64,000 bases of DNA from Octopus vulgaris (Eukaryota): NCBI GenBank assembly GCA_951406725.2, contig OX597824.1, positions 75,020,001 through 75,084,000 of the forward strand, written 5' to 3'. Below are positions 1 to 15,056 of this stretch, piece by piece. Below the pieces are notes generated by a model, which worked only from the letters and a program-made list of their open reading frames with translations, ran no database searches and was not told the origin of the DNA. Position 1 is the first letter of the stretch; each line of letters starts with the position of its first letter. A program made the position numbers and the translations under genes.

Positions 1-441
1 CATCCAGATTATAAGTTCAGGTTTATACCTATAATTATTGGTGACCTGGGATATGTAACACACTGCCTAAATACCAATCTTGAGAAATTAGCCTTCTCAA
101 AACCAGAAAGGAGAAAGCTGATTCGAAGACCACAGATCCAATCCATTACAGGAACTGTAGAAATCTGTAAAACTTTCCTGAAGTTTATTATTTAAATATA
201 TATGAACATGTCTAGATATGCAACAATATGCATGAGAAGACATACAAATCTACACATATACATACATACATTCATACATACATACATACATACATACATA
301 CATACATACATACATACATACATACATACATGCATACATACCCTGTTGATGTTGAAATTCTAATGGAGGAACCTTGGATCTAAGCTAGAAACCGGCTTGT
401 TCTCTATTGGCAAGAAATCTTGAAATAAAACTGAATAATGA
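1..441 (+). mobile_element. 3' end of an RLE-type non-LTR retrotransposon ('TACA family'): ORF end 1-195, 3' UTR with internal (TACA)n, ~100-bp terminal module at 343-441
   Basis: Frame 1 reads HPDYKFRFIPIIIGDLGYVTHCLNTNLEKLAFSKPERRKLIRR...GTVEICKTFLKFII*, nearly the same as ORF 15582-15839(-). The terminal module recurs near 1805, 3695 and 15057. Confidence 0.8.
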
Positions 442-825
442 TATACATACATTTATACATAATATATACATACATACATACATACATACATACATACATA
501 CATACATACATACATACATACATACATACATACATACATACATACATACATACATACATACGTGCATACATGCATGCATATATTGTTTTGTTTCTTCCCT
601 TATTGTTGTCCATTTGTATATCTCCTTCGTTGAAGAAAAAGGGGCGACATTTTTGTTTCCTTCTGTTTTATTTAAATACTTAAACTCTTGATTAAGACAT
701 ATATTCAGACTGACAAGGACAGGGAAGGAGAGAGGAAGACGGGAGAGGGGAGGGAGAGAGAAAGAGAAGAGAGGAAAGGGCAGACAAACATAATAGAACT
801 TGATGAATTATCTACTCTTTGTTGC

Positions 826-975
<150 letters not shown>

Positions 976-1804
976 ATACAATTTCATTTCATTCTGGAAT
1001 CCTTGTCATTTCCCATCGAGTGAAAAGACTTGCAATGGCTGACAACGAAGAAGAAAAAGATGATGAAGAAAAGATGGGAAAGAAATAAAAAAAAAGATGA
1101 GAAATGATAGAAACATGGGAAAATGAAAAGCAGATCATTCAAAATGAGGCTGGTTGAGGAAATATCAAAGGGGGTGGGGTGGAAATAACGCATAAAAACC
1201 TAACAACACAATTATGAACCAAAACAACAACGACGACGACCACGACGACAATAACAACAACAAGTAATGAAAAAAAAAGAAGAAGAAAGCAAAGAAAAAA
1301 AATAACAAAATCGGAACGAAAGAATAAACGCAACCAAACGAACAGGTTGACCGTTGAAAGACGTTATCAGGCGAAGGGGAAAGAATCGCATCCAATTACA
1401 GTCTGTTCTTTCTATTGAACAATGTCAAACTAAAGGAAGAGAAAGAAAGAAAAAAAGAATTATGTAATGGAAGAAAGAAATAAAGAGGTGAAAGCATGGA
1501 AGAATGATGAACTGAAGAAGACGTCTTGCAGGCAAAAATCTATATAAAAGAAGGTTTTAATGCATTCCTGATTTCAAAGAAGAATTCTTGCCAAAGACGT
1601 TCGGCTGGCGGATCGATGTGCTGTTTGTGTCTGAATAGGAGAGATATTCGTAAAAGCGTACATACATGTATATGTCACTGTATATTTGCGTGAGTGTGTG
1701 TGCGTGCGCGCGTGCGTGCGTACTGTTGTATGTATGTATGTATGTATGTATGTATGTATGTATGTATGTATGTATGTATGTATGTATGTATGCCTTTGCA
1801 CGTT

Positions 1805-1975
1805 ACGTAGTTTTAGTTCTAGATATCTTGCCAATGGAGAAAAAGTCGGTTTCTAACCTAGATCCGACGCTCCTTCAGTGGAATTTCAATATCAACAGGA
1901 TGGTCGTACATGTATGTGTGTATATGTGAAAGTATGCAGAGTCAGTGCATGCGCAGATTTATACCTTTTGTTTTA
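1805..1975 (-). mobile_element. 3' UTR fragment of the TACA-family retroelement
   Basis: Matches the reverse complement of 343-441 and aligns with 15057-15230 (gagtcagtgcatgcgcagattt); abuts (TATG)n. Confidence 0.7.
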
Positions 1976-2173
1976 TGTATATATATATATATATATATTC
2001 ATACAGATACTTGCATGTCCGGACATATACGCATGCTAAACTTTTCAGAAGTTTTACATATTTTAACAGTTCCATACATGGCTTGTATCTGTAAACTTCT
2101 AATAGCATTTTTTTCTTTCTGTATTTATGTGCGTGTACGTACTTGGGTATACGAACGTACATACATATATAAC

Positions 2174-2204
<31 letters not shown>

Positions 2205-2251
2205 TGTATGTATGTATGTATGTATGTATGTATATGTGTGTATATATATAT

Positions 2252-2703
2252 GTTATAGATATAGGGTAAAGAATTAATTTGATAATTATTAAATTTTACC
2301 AGGTAACATCGGTATGGAAAAAAATATCGGTAAAAACTTATACAAAAAGTTTTTTTATAATTATAAACGTAATTAAGGGATTAGCAAAAACTTGTTTCGC
2401 CACATACCGAAAATTTAGAAATAGCAGTCAAAACTGCTAATTCTTCCACTACAATATATCTCCAGAGACAGCAATACTCGTAACTCACATAGGCAAAAGA
2501 AGAAAAAATAACGAAACTAACAAGTCTTCGATTAATCATGTACACGCTTCTGGATTAGAATTGTAAAATTCATTTCCTTCTTCAGCATGATATAAGTTTT
2601 TTGTATAAGTTTTTACCGATAATAGGTTTTTTTCCATACCGAAGCTACTTGGTAAAATTTATTTATTATTAAATTAATAATTCTTTACCTTATATCTATA
2701 ACG
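2252..2703. mobile_element. Fold-back element with ~100-bp imperfect terminal inverted repeats in a TA-rich tract (Penelope pseudo-LTR-like or MITE)
   Basis: gttatagatatagggtaaagaatta...ggtaaaaacttatacaaaaa (2252-2348) is mirrored at ~2598-2703. Confidence 0.6.
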
Positions 2704-2858
2704 TGTATATATATATATACATAGGTACGTTGTAGGGGTGGAATTACACTTTAAAGATACAATTTTCGGGAACATTGTTTGGCAATGCCATATTCTTTAT
2801 AGTAACTGAGAATTTCGGGTTCAGTCTACGTTCTTCGAAGAAAGGATAGATAGCTAGG

Positions 2859-2903
<45 letters not shown>

Positions 2904-2923
2904 GGATAGATAGATAGATAGAT

Positions 2924-2977
<54 letters not shown>

Positions 2978-3016
2978 GGATAGATAGGGGAACAACAGAA
3001 AATAGATAAAACGTCA

Positions 3017-3260
3017 TTACCTCCACCTTAGTGAATGCGGAGGTATTGTTTTCAGTCGTGTTTGTTTGTTTGTCCGTGGACAAGATAACTCAAGAACCGC
3101 AGGATGGATTCGAATGAAACTTTCAGGGACGTTTGGCCTTGTGACTGACACGAATTGATTAGATTTTGGGATCGACTTGGTACCGGACAAGAATTTTGGA
3201 TTATTTGTTATATTTACTTTACTTTACATGAAGTATTACGGTTTTACGTTGACTTTCAAT
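3017..3260 (+). mobile_element. 5' part of a Helentron-associated non-autonomous element (HINE-like)
   Basis: Begins ttacctccacc...ggaggtattgttttcagtcgtgtttgtttgtttgtccgtg; homologous to ~38340-38607(-). Confidence 0.6.
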
Positions 3261-3332
3261 CTTTCTCAATTATATCCCTTTAGGTAGAAGAAAACTCCAG
3301 CAGTTCACCGTGCATGTCTGTCTTTCTTTCTT

Positions 3333-3414
<82 letters not shown>

Positions 3415-3467
3415 AATCTATGTCTATCTGTCTGTATATTTATCTACCTGTCTGTCTGCCTGCTTGT

Positions 3468-3669
<202 letters not shown>

Positions 3670-3694
3670 TATATGCATAAATATGTATGTATGT

Positions 3695-3796
3695 CCATTA
3701 TTCAGTTCTATTTCAAGATTTCTTGCCAATTGAAAAAGACCCGGTTCTATAACCAAGACCCAAGGCTCTCTTATTGGAATTTCAGCAACATCAACA
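3695..3796 (-). mobile_element. Terminal module of the TACA-family retroelement
   Basis: Reverse complement matches 343-441; flanked by (TATG)n-type sequence on both sides. Confidence 0.7.
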
Positions 3797-4159
3797 TGTA
3801 TGTATGTATGTATGTATGTATGTATGTATGTATGTATGTATGTATGTATGTATGTATGTATGTATGTATGTAGGTGTGTATGTATGTATGTATGTATGTA
3901 TGTATGTATGTATGTATGTATGTATGTATATACGTACGTATACGTATATAAATATGTGTATAAGTGAGTTTCCGATTTTATGTTTCTTCCCCTCCGTTTG
4001 AGAGTGACTTGCACCTCCGTATCTTTGCGGTTCGGCAAAAGACATCGACAAAATAATTAGTAAGCTTGAATTACTAATGGAGTTTATCTGTTCAACCAGC
4101 GCAATGGTTCTCAATTCTTTACCTTTGAACTCGTCTGATTCCTGATTTACTCAACTAGA

Positions 4160-4260
4160 CCCCCATAGCCACCTTGAGCAAATGCCTTCTACTATAGCCT
4201 CGGGCCGACCAAAGCCTTGTGAGTGGATTTGGTAGACGGAAACTGAAAGAAGCCCGTCGA

Positions 4261-4324
<64 letters not shown>

Positions 4325-4523
4325 GTGTGTCTGTGTTTGTCCACCAACATCGCTTGACAACCGATGCTAATGTGTTTACGTGCTCGTAACTTAGCGGTTC
4401 GGCAAAATAGACAGATAGAATAAGTACTAGGCTTACAAAGAATAAGTCCTGTGGTCGATTTGTTCGACTAAAGGTGTTGCTCTAGCATGGCAACAGTCAA
4501 ATGACTGAAACAAGTAAAAGAGT
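4160..4523 (+). mobile_element. 5'-truncated tRNA-derived SINE with internal (TA)n(TG)n (octopus CORE/OR2-like)
   Basis: Body ...cttctactatagcctcgggccgaccaaagccttgtgagtggatttggtagacggaaactg... and 3' end aatgactgaaacaagtaaaagag are shared with copies at 12.7, 26.1 and 51.9 kb. Confidence 0.8.
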
Positions 4524-5623
4524 ATATATGTTTTTTGGGGGGAGGGGGGCATGCTTTTGCCTTTTTCACTAATTTGATTGTGACCATGTCGGGGTACCGC
4601 CTTGGAGAAACTTTAGTCGAATGGATCTTTGGTTGATCTGAAAAGACACTTTTCTTCCTGCAAAACCAAACGACATGATTGTGCGTAGCATTTAACTGGG
4701 AGGAGACGTTTATGCTGTAGCTCTGGCGAAAGCTGCAGATTATCAGCAGCGCTAAAACGCTACCTTCGCATTGCAGTTGAGGTAGCTTCCTTCACACACA
4801 CACACACGCATACACACACACACACGATACGATATGGTATGACATAATATAATAGGACAGGATATAGTATGATATATGATATATGATACGTGTGACAGAG
4901 TGTTGGCAAAGTCATGTGATTCTAAGAACAAAGACGAAAATAACGATAACGCCTACAAAGCAAGAACGCCGATACTGACGTCGATAACTGCAATAATAGC
5001 CACAACAATGTTGCGGCATAAAAACAACAAGAAATGGCGATGAAACATAACGATTTGGCAAGAAGAATGTTGCCATATAACTCTCTTTATCAGTCATCAT
5101 GTGCATCCATCTTTTTCATCACCCTTAGGAGAAGAAAAAGTATTAGCGCCATGATGACGAAGGCGACGACGACAACGATGTTGATGAATTTCTAATGACA
5201 GTGGTGGTAGTGGTGATGGTAGTAATGGGTGAATGGTAAGAACTGTATCATAGGGAGTTACGATGGTGCCATGTCGAGGGTGATGAGTCATGAGAAAAAG
5301 AAAAAAAAAAAACAGAAAATGAGACACACAATTCTGAGATTCCGCAGCAGACGACAATGACGTGTCCTTTTCTAAGTGGAAACAGGATGTTGTTTGTCAA
5401 GGAAGAAAATGAAAATGTGGCGGTGGAGATAACACAAAAAGAGAAATAAAGAATAATGTACGCTTGTATATATGCTTATATGTGTGCGTGTATATATATA
5501 TATATACATATATATACACACACACACACACATATATACGTGTATACGCGTGTGTCTGTGTGTATATATATATATATATATATATACATATATATATAAA
5601 TGTGTGTATGTGTGCATTTATAC

Positions 5624-5669
<46 letters not shown>

Positions 5670-6245
5670 ATAAATGTGTTAATGGATGTATAGGTGAGAG
5701 AGTGTGGCAGATTGAAATATTAGGCTGTATGAAACAAAGAGAGAGTGAGGAGGGGAGACAGGGGAGGGTGGGAAGAGAGCGAGAGTATGTGTGTGAGTGT
5801 GTGTGAGAGAGAGAGAGCGCAAGACAAATAGAGTAGAAAGTGGAAAGAGGAAGGGGGTAGACAAACAAATTGCGATAAAAAGACATTGCCATATTTGGTA
5901 ATAATATCCAGCAAAGACGATATTTGATAACATGGGAAAAGAACGATAGCGCATGAGAAGAGAGAAAGAAAGAGAGGGGAAGGGAGACAGAGAGATGGAG
6001 AGATGAAGATAATGTTAGATAGAGAGTATAGGAAAGGGGAGTGAGAGAGGCAGTGAGACTGCATGTAGGTAAGAGAGAGGGTGAGAGACAGGCAGACAAG
6101 AAGAGAGAAAGAAATTTATATATATATAGAGAGAGAGGGAGAGACAAATAGAGAAAGACAGAGAGGAAATAAGAAAGAGAGGTTGTAAGAAACGTAGAAA
6201 ATGTGAAAGGTGGATAGGTAGATAGGTAGATAGATAGATGGATAA

Positions 6246-6317
<72 letters not shown>

Positions 6318-7023
6318 TGGGAAAAGTATGTGAGAAGAGATACAGGGTAAAAGGAGGAGTTAGAGAGAAAGAGATGTGAATTTTATATATGTATGTTTGT
6401 ATGTATGTATATATTCATACACGTACATATGTGTACATACATATAGAGAAAGAAATAGAAAGGAAAAAAAGGAGGGGTAATAAGATAGATGAGACACGAG
6501 TGAAAAAAAACAAACATGGAGGATAAATCTGTTGTGTAATAATATATAATGATTGCAACAACAAAGAGGAGAGTACAGGAGTTGACTTGCGTTGTGGGAA
6601 TATGGGAATAGTGATGTACAGGCAAAATATAAAAAAAAAAAGATAAAATAAAACGGAAGAAGATAAATAGAATAGAAATAGTATTGTTAGTTGTAATAGA
6701 ATAGCGCCAAAACAGAAATAGAGCAGGAAAAAAAAAATAAACGCACGATAAAAACAGAAAACAAAAGAGGGAGTGTATTGCAAGTGTAGATGTGTGTCTA
6801 TAGGTAGGGGATGGTTTACGTGTTTACTGAAGGAGTACAGCAGGGAGTAGCGATGTAAATGATGATGACAAGGAATGCTGGAAACAAAAAGGGAAATTTT
6901 ATATATATACATATATGTATACATGCACACATACATATATACATATACATACACACACATATATATGTATATATATACATATATATATACATATATATAT
7001 ACATATACACATATATATGTATA

Positions 7024-7077
<54 letters not shown>

Positions 7078-7335
7078 TATATGTATGTATATTGGCCTGC
7101 TCGCTTAGCCAGCGGGGTGGCGTCATTTGAAGGCTAAAGCAATGCGAAGCGCATTGTGACCAGCGATGTGTAGCAACATCTGATAGCCTGGTCGGTCACG
7201 GTGATCACGGTGATATATATATATATATATATAGGGCCGATTCGTCTGACTAAAGTACTTACAGGCTCTGCCCCAGCATGGCCGCAGTCTAATCACTGAA
7301 ACAAGTGAAAGATAAAAGGAAGAAACATGAATACC

Positions 7336-7367
<32 letters not shown>

Positions 7368-7972
7368 TGTATGTATGTATGTATGTATGTCATTTTTGTA
7401 GTTTTTTTTAATCTTTCGGCTTTTGGTTGTTTCTGTCATTGGACGGTAACTATGCTGTGGCACCGCCTCGCGGGTTTAATCGAATGAATCCATTCCATAG
7501 TCGTTTTTCTTTGTCTTGGACTTTTTCCATCGGTGGCCTTGGCCGAACCGCTAGATTCTACATAATCATATACATAAAAGCACGCATACATATAAACATA
7601 TGCGTATATATATACGCATATGTATGTTTAGTTTATACATATATGTATACACACAGATCTCGCACTCATACAAGTGCGTGTGTACATATCTATACGTATA
7701 TGTTATAGCACTTCCCATCTCTTTCGAACCTTATCGTTCCCCCCCAAAAAACAGAAAAGGCAAGTGGGCGTCGGGAAAGAATTATTTATAATGTTTATTG
7801 GAAGCTAAACACTTCGTTAACCCTTCCTCCGAGTTTCTCCCTTTAGATCTTCGCTCCATTGTCTGTGTAGACACACACACACACAAATATGTATGTCTAT
7901 ATATATATATTTATATATATATATATACATACATACATACATACTCACATACATACACACACGTACATACAT

Positions 7973-8005
<33 letters not shown>

Positions 8006-8160
8006 GGTTGGTTGGATGGATGAATGGATGATGGATGGGACGAGCTTACCGCACAGTGAGGTCTCGAACTAGTACCACGTGATTTGCGTGAACTTCTTGT
8101 CCTTCAGCCATGCCTATTTATGGAAATTTGTGCGCGTGCGCGTGTGTGCGTGTGAGTGTG

Positions 8161-8205
<45 letters not shown>

Positions 8206-8363
8206 GCATACTTATACATAACTTGCACAGTGATATGTATGTATATGTATATATATACATATATATATATATATACATAAGATAAATAAGAAAGGTAAAA
8301 TACAAAACGAAATATAATTCTTTTTTAACAATATAAGAAATAATATAACGAGTGTATGCTCGA

Positions 8364-8406
<43 letters not shown>

Positions 8407-8684
8407 CTATATTTAATGTATATTTGTTCTCATATCATAGCGGATATGAAGAATGAGAAAAAGAAATAAAACAATAAACAAAATAAATAATAAAATAAAG
8501 AAAGAAATGAAAAAACATGGCGCCGCCAATGAAATCTTCTAGCTCCGCCCTTCTTCTACATTTTTCTACTGCTGCTTCTTCTTCCGTTGGCGACTATATG
8601 CAAAAATTGTCTACTTTGTAGAACGTTCATATTCCTTTATATGGACTCGTCGATCGTCTTCCATTTTAACGTGTCTATTCGTCT

Positions 8685-8718
<34 letters not shown>

Positions 8719-9794
8719 GGAAGCTGTAAAGAAGAGATTTAAATAAAATGTAGTAGTAATGTAATGGCTGCGGGTGGTTGGATGGTTGGGTGGTTGGGCG
8801 GGTGGCTGGTTGACTGGTTGGTTGGTTGGTTGGATGTTTCGATGGTGGTGGTGGTGTTGGCTTTGATGGAATTGGTTTTGGTGATGGTATTGGCGTTGTT
8901 TAGCGATGGGTCGTGGTTATCGTGAGTGGAGATAAAAGATGATTGCGATGATGATCGCGACGGTGATAATGATGACGACGACGACGACGACGACTTTTAC
9001 GATGATGCTGATGATGATGATACTGATGATGGTGATGGCGATGACGCCGTGAACGGTGATGGAGACGATAGCAGATGAAGCGCTTGATAACATTATTTAT
9101 AAACACATTGGCACGACATACTAACACACAAACATAGATACATACATACATGCACACACATGCACAGACACACACACATATATATATATACGCATAATTA
9201 CACACATATATTCATACATATATATAAAGACATACACACGTATACAATGCTTGTATTCATATGTGTGTATACGTATGTCAAAGCGCATATTAATGAATTT
9301 GACACTGTGCTAATACGAGCCTCCGTCGGTCAATGCGGACTCATATCGCTGCACATATATTTGCAGACCTAGGCATGAGTCATTGTGACGGCAGCTAGCA
9401 TTTGCCCATACAATAAAGTTATCCTTTTCCTCAACCCTTATGTTCATCCAAGGAAAAGGTCACCAACTCGCACCGATAGACATTTTTTAGCGTGATACGA
9501 CAAGATAAAACCAGTGTTGACTCAAAATGGCAAGCCAGTCTTTCGGTAGATAGGCTAATTACAGAACGATGTCGAATCAGACTTCAGAGTCACAGAGGTC
9601 GACATGATCAATTTACAATCCCTGAAGAGAATGCTCCAGTATGGCGGCAATGAAAGAATTCTCTGTATGTTTCTCTTCCTCTCTCTTTCTCGGTATATGT
9701 GTGTATGAGAGTGGGGCGTTGGGAAAAAGCGGACTCAGAACATATGGCAACGTACATAAAATAATCTTTTAACTGATATTATCATACGTGAAAG

Positions 9795-10000
9795 GCTGCG
9801 AGTTGGCGGAATCGTTAGAACACTGGGCAAAATGCTTTGTGGAATTTCTTCCGGCTTTTTGTTCTCAATCCAAATTCCTCCGAAGACGACTTTGCCTTTC
9901 ATCCTTTAGAGGTCGCTAAAACAAGTACTGAGGCCAATCTCATCCACTGGCCCCTTTCCTTTGAAATTCCTGGCCTTGTGCCAAAATTAAAAAGAATTGT
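9795..10000 (+). mobile_element. Degenerate SINE of the 'gtcgactttgcctttcatcc' family (Nin/Deu-domain-like)
   Basis: Homologous to 49352-49540 and 53734-53950. Confidence 0.7.
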
Positions 10001-10185
10001 AAGAGTGAGTAATCCAACGGCCCAAGAATTCGTGTCCTGACACAAAATTTTAGGCCCTGGAGTCACTTCTTTAGCCTACACCGAAATATATAAACTATAC
10101 AATACAATACGCGCCAAATTTCATTCCTTTGCGAAAGACAAAATCTCCATATATGTACAAATACAAACATACGTTTATACAGAGG

Positions 10186-10271
<86 letters not shown>

Positions 10272-10942
10272 TGCCGGAAGGCGCTGTTCTACGTATAAGC
10301 AACGGTAGGTTATTAGAAGCGCCTGAAAGGCTTGGAAGCACGCCCTCTCTCACACCACCATCCAACATTACCATTAAAACTCCAACATGGCAGCGTGCCA
10401 AAGCAATGAGTAAAGAGAAAACTAAAGGCTAAGAACGTGAGTGAGAGAGGCAGTCGATCCAGTCAGTGACGCCAAAAACCGGTGAAAACCAGTTTAATCT
10501 GCCTGCCGCTTTCTCTTCTTTGCTAATTTGTTTTATATTGTATTGTTTTTATGGACATTTTTATTCCTTTTCCATTTTTCTTTTGTTTTCTGCTTTAAAT
10601 ATTTGTTTTATTTCTGTCGTATTGATTTATTTGTTTTTGTGATTATTTTTCTTTTCGTGCTTTTTTTGTAATGTTTTAAATGAGTTTCTTTTTGTCTTTG
10701 TTTTATTTTTTTTTATTTTCTCGTGGAAAAATATATAGCTGCTTCACACGTGATGGAAATTTCCATTCGCCTTTCAATGTCTGACTGTGCGTCTGCATGG
10801 CTGCTGCCTGTGTGAATAAAGATGTCTGTGTGACTATTTATCTTTAATTTATCTACGTACACATGTTTATATGTGTGTGTAGGAGTATATATATATATAT
10901 ATATGATGTATGTATTAGTGTGTGTGCGTGTTTATATATATA

Positions 10943-10993
<51 letters not shown>

Positions 10994-11699
10994 GTATATA
11001 CTCGTATGTAATTGTGTATAGATACTGTGTGTGTGTAGGAGTATATATGTATATGTGTGGGAGTATGTATGTGTGTGTGTGCGTGTATATACGTATATAA
11101 CTGTTATCTTCTTTCAGTTATTAGAGTACAGTCATGCTGGAGCACCGCCTTGAAGAGTTGAGTCGAGCAAATAGACTGCAGTGCATATCTTTTTTCTAGC
11201 GGCTTCCCTTGTCGAACTGCTAAGTTACAGTTGGACGTAAATCTGTTGTGTAATAAAAGACACACACACATTCACATATTCAGTCATTTATATATGCATA
11301 TACATCTTTATATATTCATATAAGGTGTACTCGATGTATGACAGCGTTTCTACTTGTGTGCAGTGAGTCGATTATCCACCCTGTGACTACACAGAGTTTC
11401 ACCTTACGCGGGCTCATTTAGGCAACGTTATGTTGCTTGATTCGAAGCACACAGCATGAAACTTGGGATTGCAATGGAATTTATCAATTCAAACCTTAAT
11501 GTCTATCTCTCTAAGGCGGTGAGCTTGCAGAATCGTTACTGCACCGGAAAAAGTGCCGAGGTTGACGTTGATTTTCATCCTTTTGTGCTCAATAAAACAA
11601 GCACCATTTGATTATTAGGTTCGATGTAATCCACTTAACCTATCTCTCGAAATTTCTGGCCTTGTGCCAAAATTTGAAACTAATATCTATCTGTCTGTC

Positions 11700-12450
11700 T
11701 GTCTGTCTGTCTACCCACCCTATTTATGCCTACCTACCCACCTACCAACCTACCTACCTACCTACCTACCTACCTACCTACCTACCTACCTACCTACCTA
11801 CCCACCTACCTACATACCTACCTACCTACATACATACATACATATATACCTACCTACCTACATATCTACTTACCTACCTACCTACCTACCTACCTACCTA
11901 CCTACCTACCCACCCACCTACCTACTCTCCTACCTACATACCTACTTACCTACCAACCCACCTACCTACCCACCTACCCACCTATCAACATAGCTACCCA
12001 CCTACCTACCCACATACATACCTACTTACCTACCTACCTACCCACCCTCCTACCTACCCACCTACCTACCTACCTACCTACTTACCGACCAACCCATGTA
12101 CCTACCCACCTACCAACATAGCTACCCCTACCTACCTACCTACTCACCTACCTACCTATCTACCTACCTACCTACCTGCCTACCTCCCCACCTACCTACC
12201 TCCCTACGTACTTACCTACCTACCCACCTACCTACCTACCTACATACTTACCTACCTACCTGCCCACCTACCTACCTACCCACCTACCAACCCAGCTGCC
12301 TACCCACCTACCAACCCAGCTGCCTACCTACCTACCCACTTAACTACCTACCTATCTACTTACCTACCTGCCCACCTACCTTCCTGCCTACCTAGCTACC
12401 CACCTGCCCACCTACCTATCTACCTACATACCTACCTACCTACCTACGTA
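11700..12450. repeat. Degenerate (CCTA)n tetranucleotide tract, ~750 bp
   Basis: Direct reading; it generates the spurious 326-aa YLPT-repeat ORF. Confidence 0.95.
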
Positions 12451-12744
12451 TGTATGTATCTTTTACCTTTTATTTATTTGACCGCCTTGGAGAATTTCAG
12501 TCCAATGAATCGATCCCAGTCCTTTTTGAAGCCTGGTACACATTCTATTGGTCTTTTTGACCGAACCGTTAAGTTACGGGGATTGTGAAGTGGTTGTAGA
12601 GGGACAAAGACACACACAAAGACACACACATAGTCATTCAACCCTCATACACATACACACACATAAGTAACAGCTAATACAGCAGCATATTCCAAATGAA
12701 ATATCTTTTACTTTTTTTTAAACATTTTTTAATCTTTTAATAGT

Positions 12745-12938
12745 TTCAGTTATTAAACTGCGGCCATGCTGGGGCACTACCTTGAAGAATTTTTAGTCGA
12801 ATGAATAAATCCCTCGAACTTTTTTTTTTTTTAAGCTTGGTACTTACTCTACCGGTTTCTTTTGCCGAGCCGCTAGGTTACGAGGGCGTAAACACACTAA
12901 CACCGGTTGTAAAACGATAGTGGGGGACAGACAAACAG

Positions 12939-12970
<32 letters not shown>

Positions 12971-13128
12971 CCCCCCCCCCCCACACACACACATATACCC
13001 CACACACACACACACACACACAAACAGGCTATAGTAGAAGACACTACTTGTCCAAGGCGCCATGCGGACGCAGTGAGACTGAACCCGGGACCATGTGGTT
13101 GGGAAGCGAGCTTCTTACCACACGGCCA
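12745..13128 (-). mobile_element. tRNA-derived SINE (CORE/OR2-like)
   Basis: The reverse complement head has A-box-like tggccgtgtggtaag and B-box-like gggttcagtctc; same family as 4160-4523. Confidence 0.8.
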
Positions 13129-13376
13129 GAAATATGGTAATGAAACGACAGAGATTTGGGTCAGCTTTGGTGCTGGGGGGGGGGAGATCAATCACCACGG
13201 TGCGACCTGATACCAAGAAACGGTGACAACAGAGCGCTTTGAGATTGCCAAAAGTTGATGAGCTGAGTAGCAGAGGGGTATTAAAAAGGCCTAGAACTGT
13301 CGAAACACCCAAAGGAGTTGAGCTTGATCCCATACATAGCACCAGTCTGATCCGCTCTGTGTGTGTGTGTATGATG

Positions 13377-13761
13377 GGAGGCGCAATGGCCCAGTGGTTA
13401 GGGCAGCGGACTCGCGGTCGTAGGATCGCGGTTTCGATTCCCAGACCGGGCGTTGTGAGTGTTTATTGAGCGAAAACACCTAAAGCTCCACGAGGCTCCA
13501 GCAGGGGATGGTGGTAATCCCTGCTGTACTCTTTTCACCACAACTTTCTCTCACTCTTACTTCCTGTTTCTGTTGTACCTGTATTTCAAAGGGGCCAGCC
13601 TTGTCACTCTCTGTGTCACGCTGAATATCTCCGAGAACTACATTAAGGGAACATGTGTCTGTAGAGTGCTCAGCCACTTACACGTTAATTTCACGAGCAG
13701 GCTGTTCCGTTGATTCGGATCAACCGGAACCCTCGTCGTCGTAACCGACGGAGTGCTTCAA
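13377..13761 (+). mobile_element. Full-length tRNA-derived SINE, body type A, with TSD
   Basis: A box tggcccagtgg, B box ggtttcgattcc; gtgtatgatggg is duplicated at 13367-13378 and 13762-13773. Confidence 0.9.
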
Positions 13762-14098
13762 GTGTATGATGGGGGTGGTGGTCATAATCCCTATGTGGTG
13801 TGGGAGGAGCGAACGTGAACTCAGATGACACGAAACTCTCGTATCTACGTGTTTCAAATCCGTAATTTACAACCATTTCTGTCTGACACTGCTTTTGACA
13901 TGACATTGTGGTTTTATTAACGGTTCTGGCTGTCATGACTCAGGAATGCGTTTTGTTTCTTTCTTTTCGTTTTTCTTTCTTTTCTTTTCTTTTTTTTTTC
14001 CTTTCTGTCCTTTCTTTCTTTCTTTCTTTCTTTTCTCTCTTCATTTACTTTCTTTTTCCCTTTCTGCAATAGTCTGAAGTATGTGTGCGCGCGCGCGA

Positions 14099-14141
<43 letters not shown>

Positions 14142-14153
14142 TAATTAAAATAA

Positions 14154-14278
<125 letters not shown>

Positions 14279-14361
14279 GTGTGCGTGTGTGTGTGTATGC
14301 TCGTGTGTATATGCACACACACACATACACACACTTACACACACAGATAAATATGCAGAGT

Positions 14362-14403
<42 letters not shown>

Positions 14404-15056
14404 GGGTGGGAGGGAGGAGCAAAATAAGAAATGCACAAACACACACACACGTAGGATATGTCAATATGTCGTACTGTCTAGTTGCAACTAAAATAAATGT
14501 GACGTCTGCACAACCATCAATGATATTCCGAGTAATAGTATGGAGTCCGTAAAATATATGACGCTCCAAAGAAGTTGAATGTCCCTGTCTCACAGTCGTT
14601 AAAGCTCATTATCTTTATTGATTAGGTTCTCGTCAGAGCCAAATAGTAACGAAACCACCCTACAACCGAGGATTAAAAGGCGAATGTTTGCCTGGTATCA
14701 TCAGTATATAGGTGTAGGCATTGCTGAGTGGTTAAAAAGTTCGATTCGCAACGACGTGGTTTTAAGTTCGCTCTCATTGTACAGGACCATGGGCAAGTGT
14801 CTTCTATGATAGCAGCATAACACCGGGCCGATCAATGTGAATTTGGTAGACGGAAACTGTGTGGAAACCCGCCGTCTAATTGAGACATACTAACTCTTTT
14901 CTCCTTTTTCTCTCTCCTCATCTATCCTTAGAAGGGCGTAGGTTCGAAACGTTAAAGACTTCTAATTCTTCTGAGCGTTAAATTAATACACCGTTCGTTA
15001 TGTTTTTACATCTTTACGCAATTAAAATATAATTGCACCATATGTATGTATATATG

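Noticed and set aside
10272-10433. 53-codon ORF MPEGAVLR...KEKTKG in unique sequence
   Set aside because: No recognisable domain or splice support; it starts at the edge of a microsatellite.
11608-12588. 326-aa YLPT-repeat ORF resembling an extensin or adhesive protein
   Set aside because: It is the translation of a (CCTA)n microsatellite flanked by SINE fragments.
13377-13450. Possible tRNA genes (also at 15480-15557, 21689, 39664, 62430-62500)
   Set aside because: A/B boxes run into SINE bodies bounded by TSDs; these are SINE heads.
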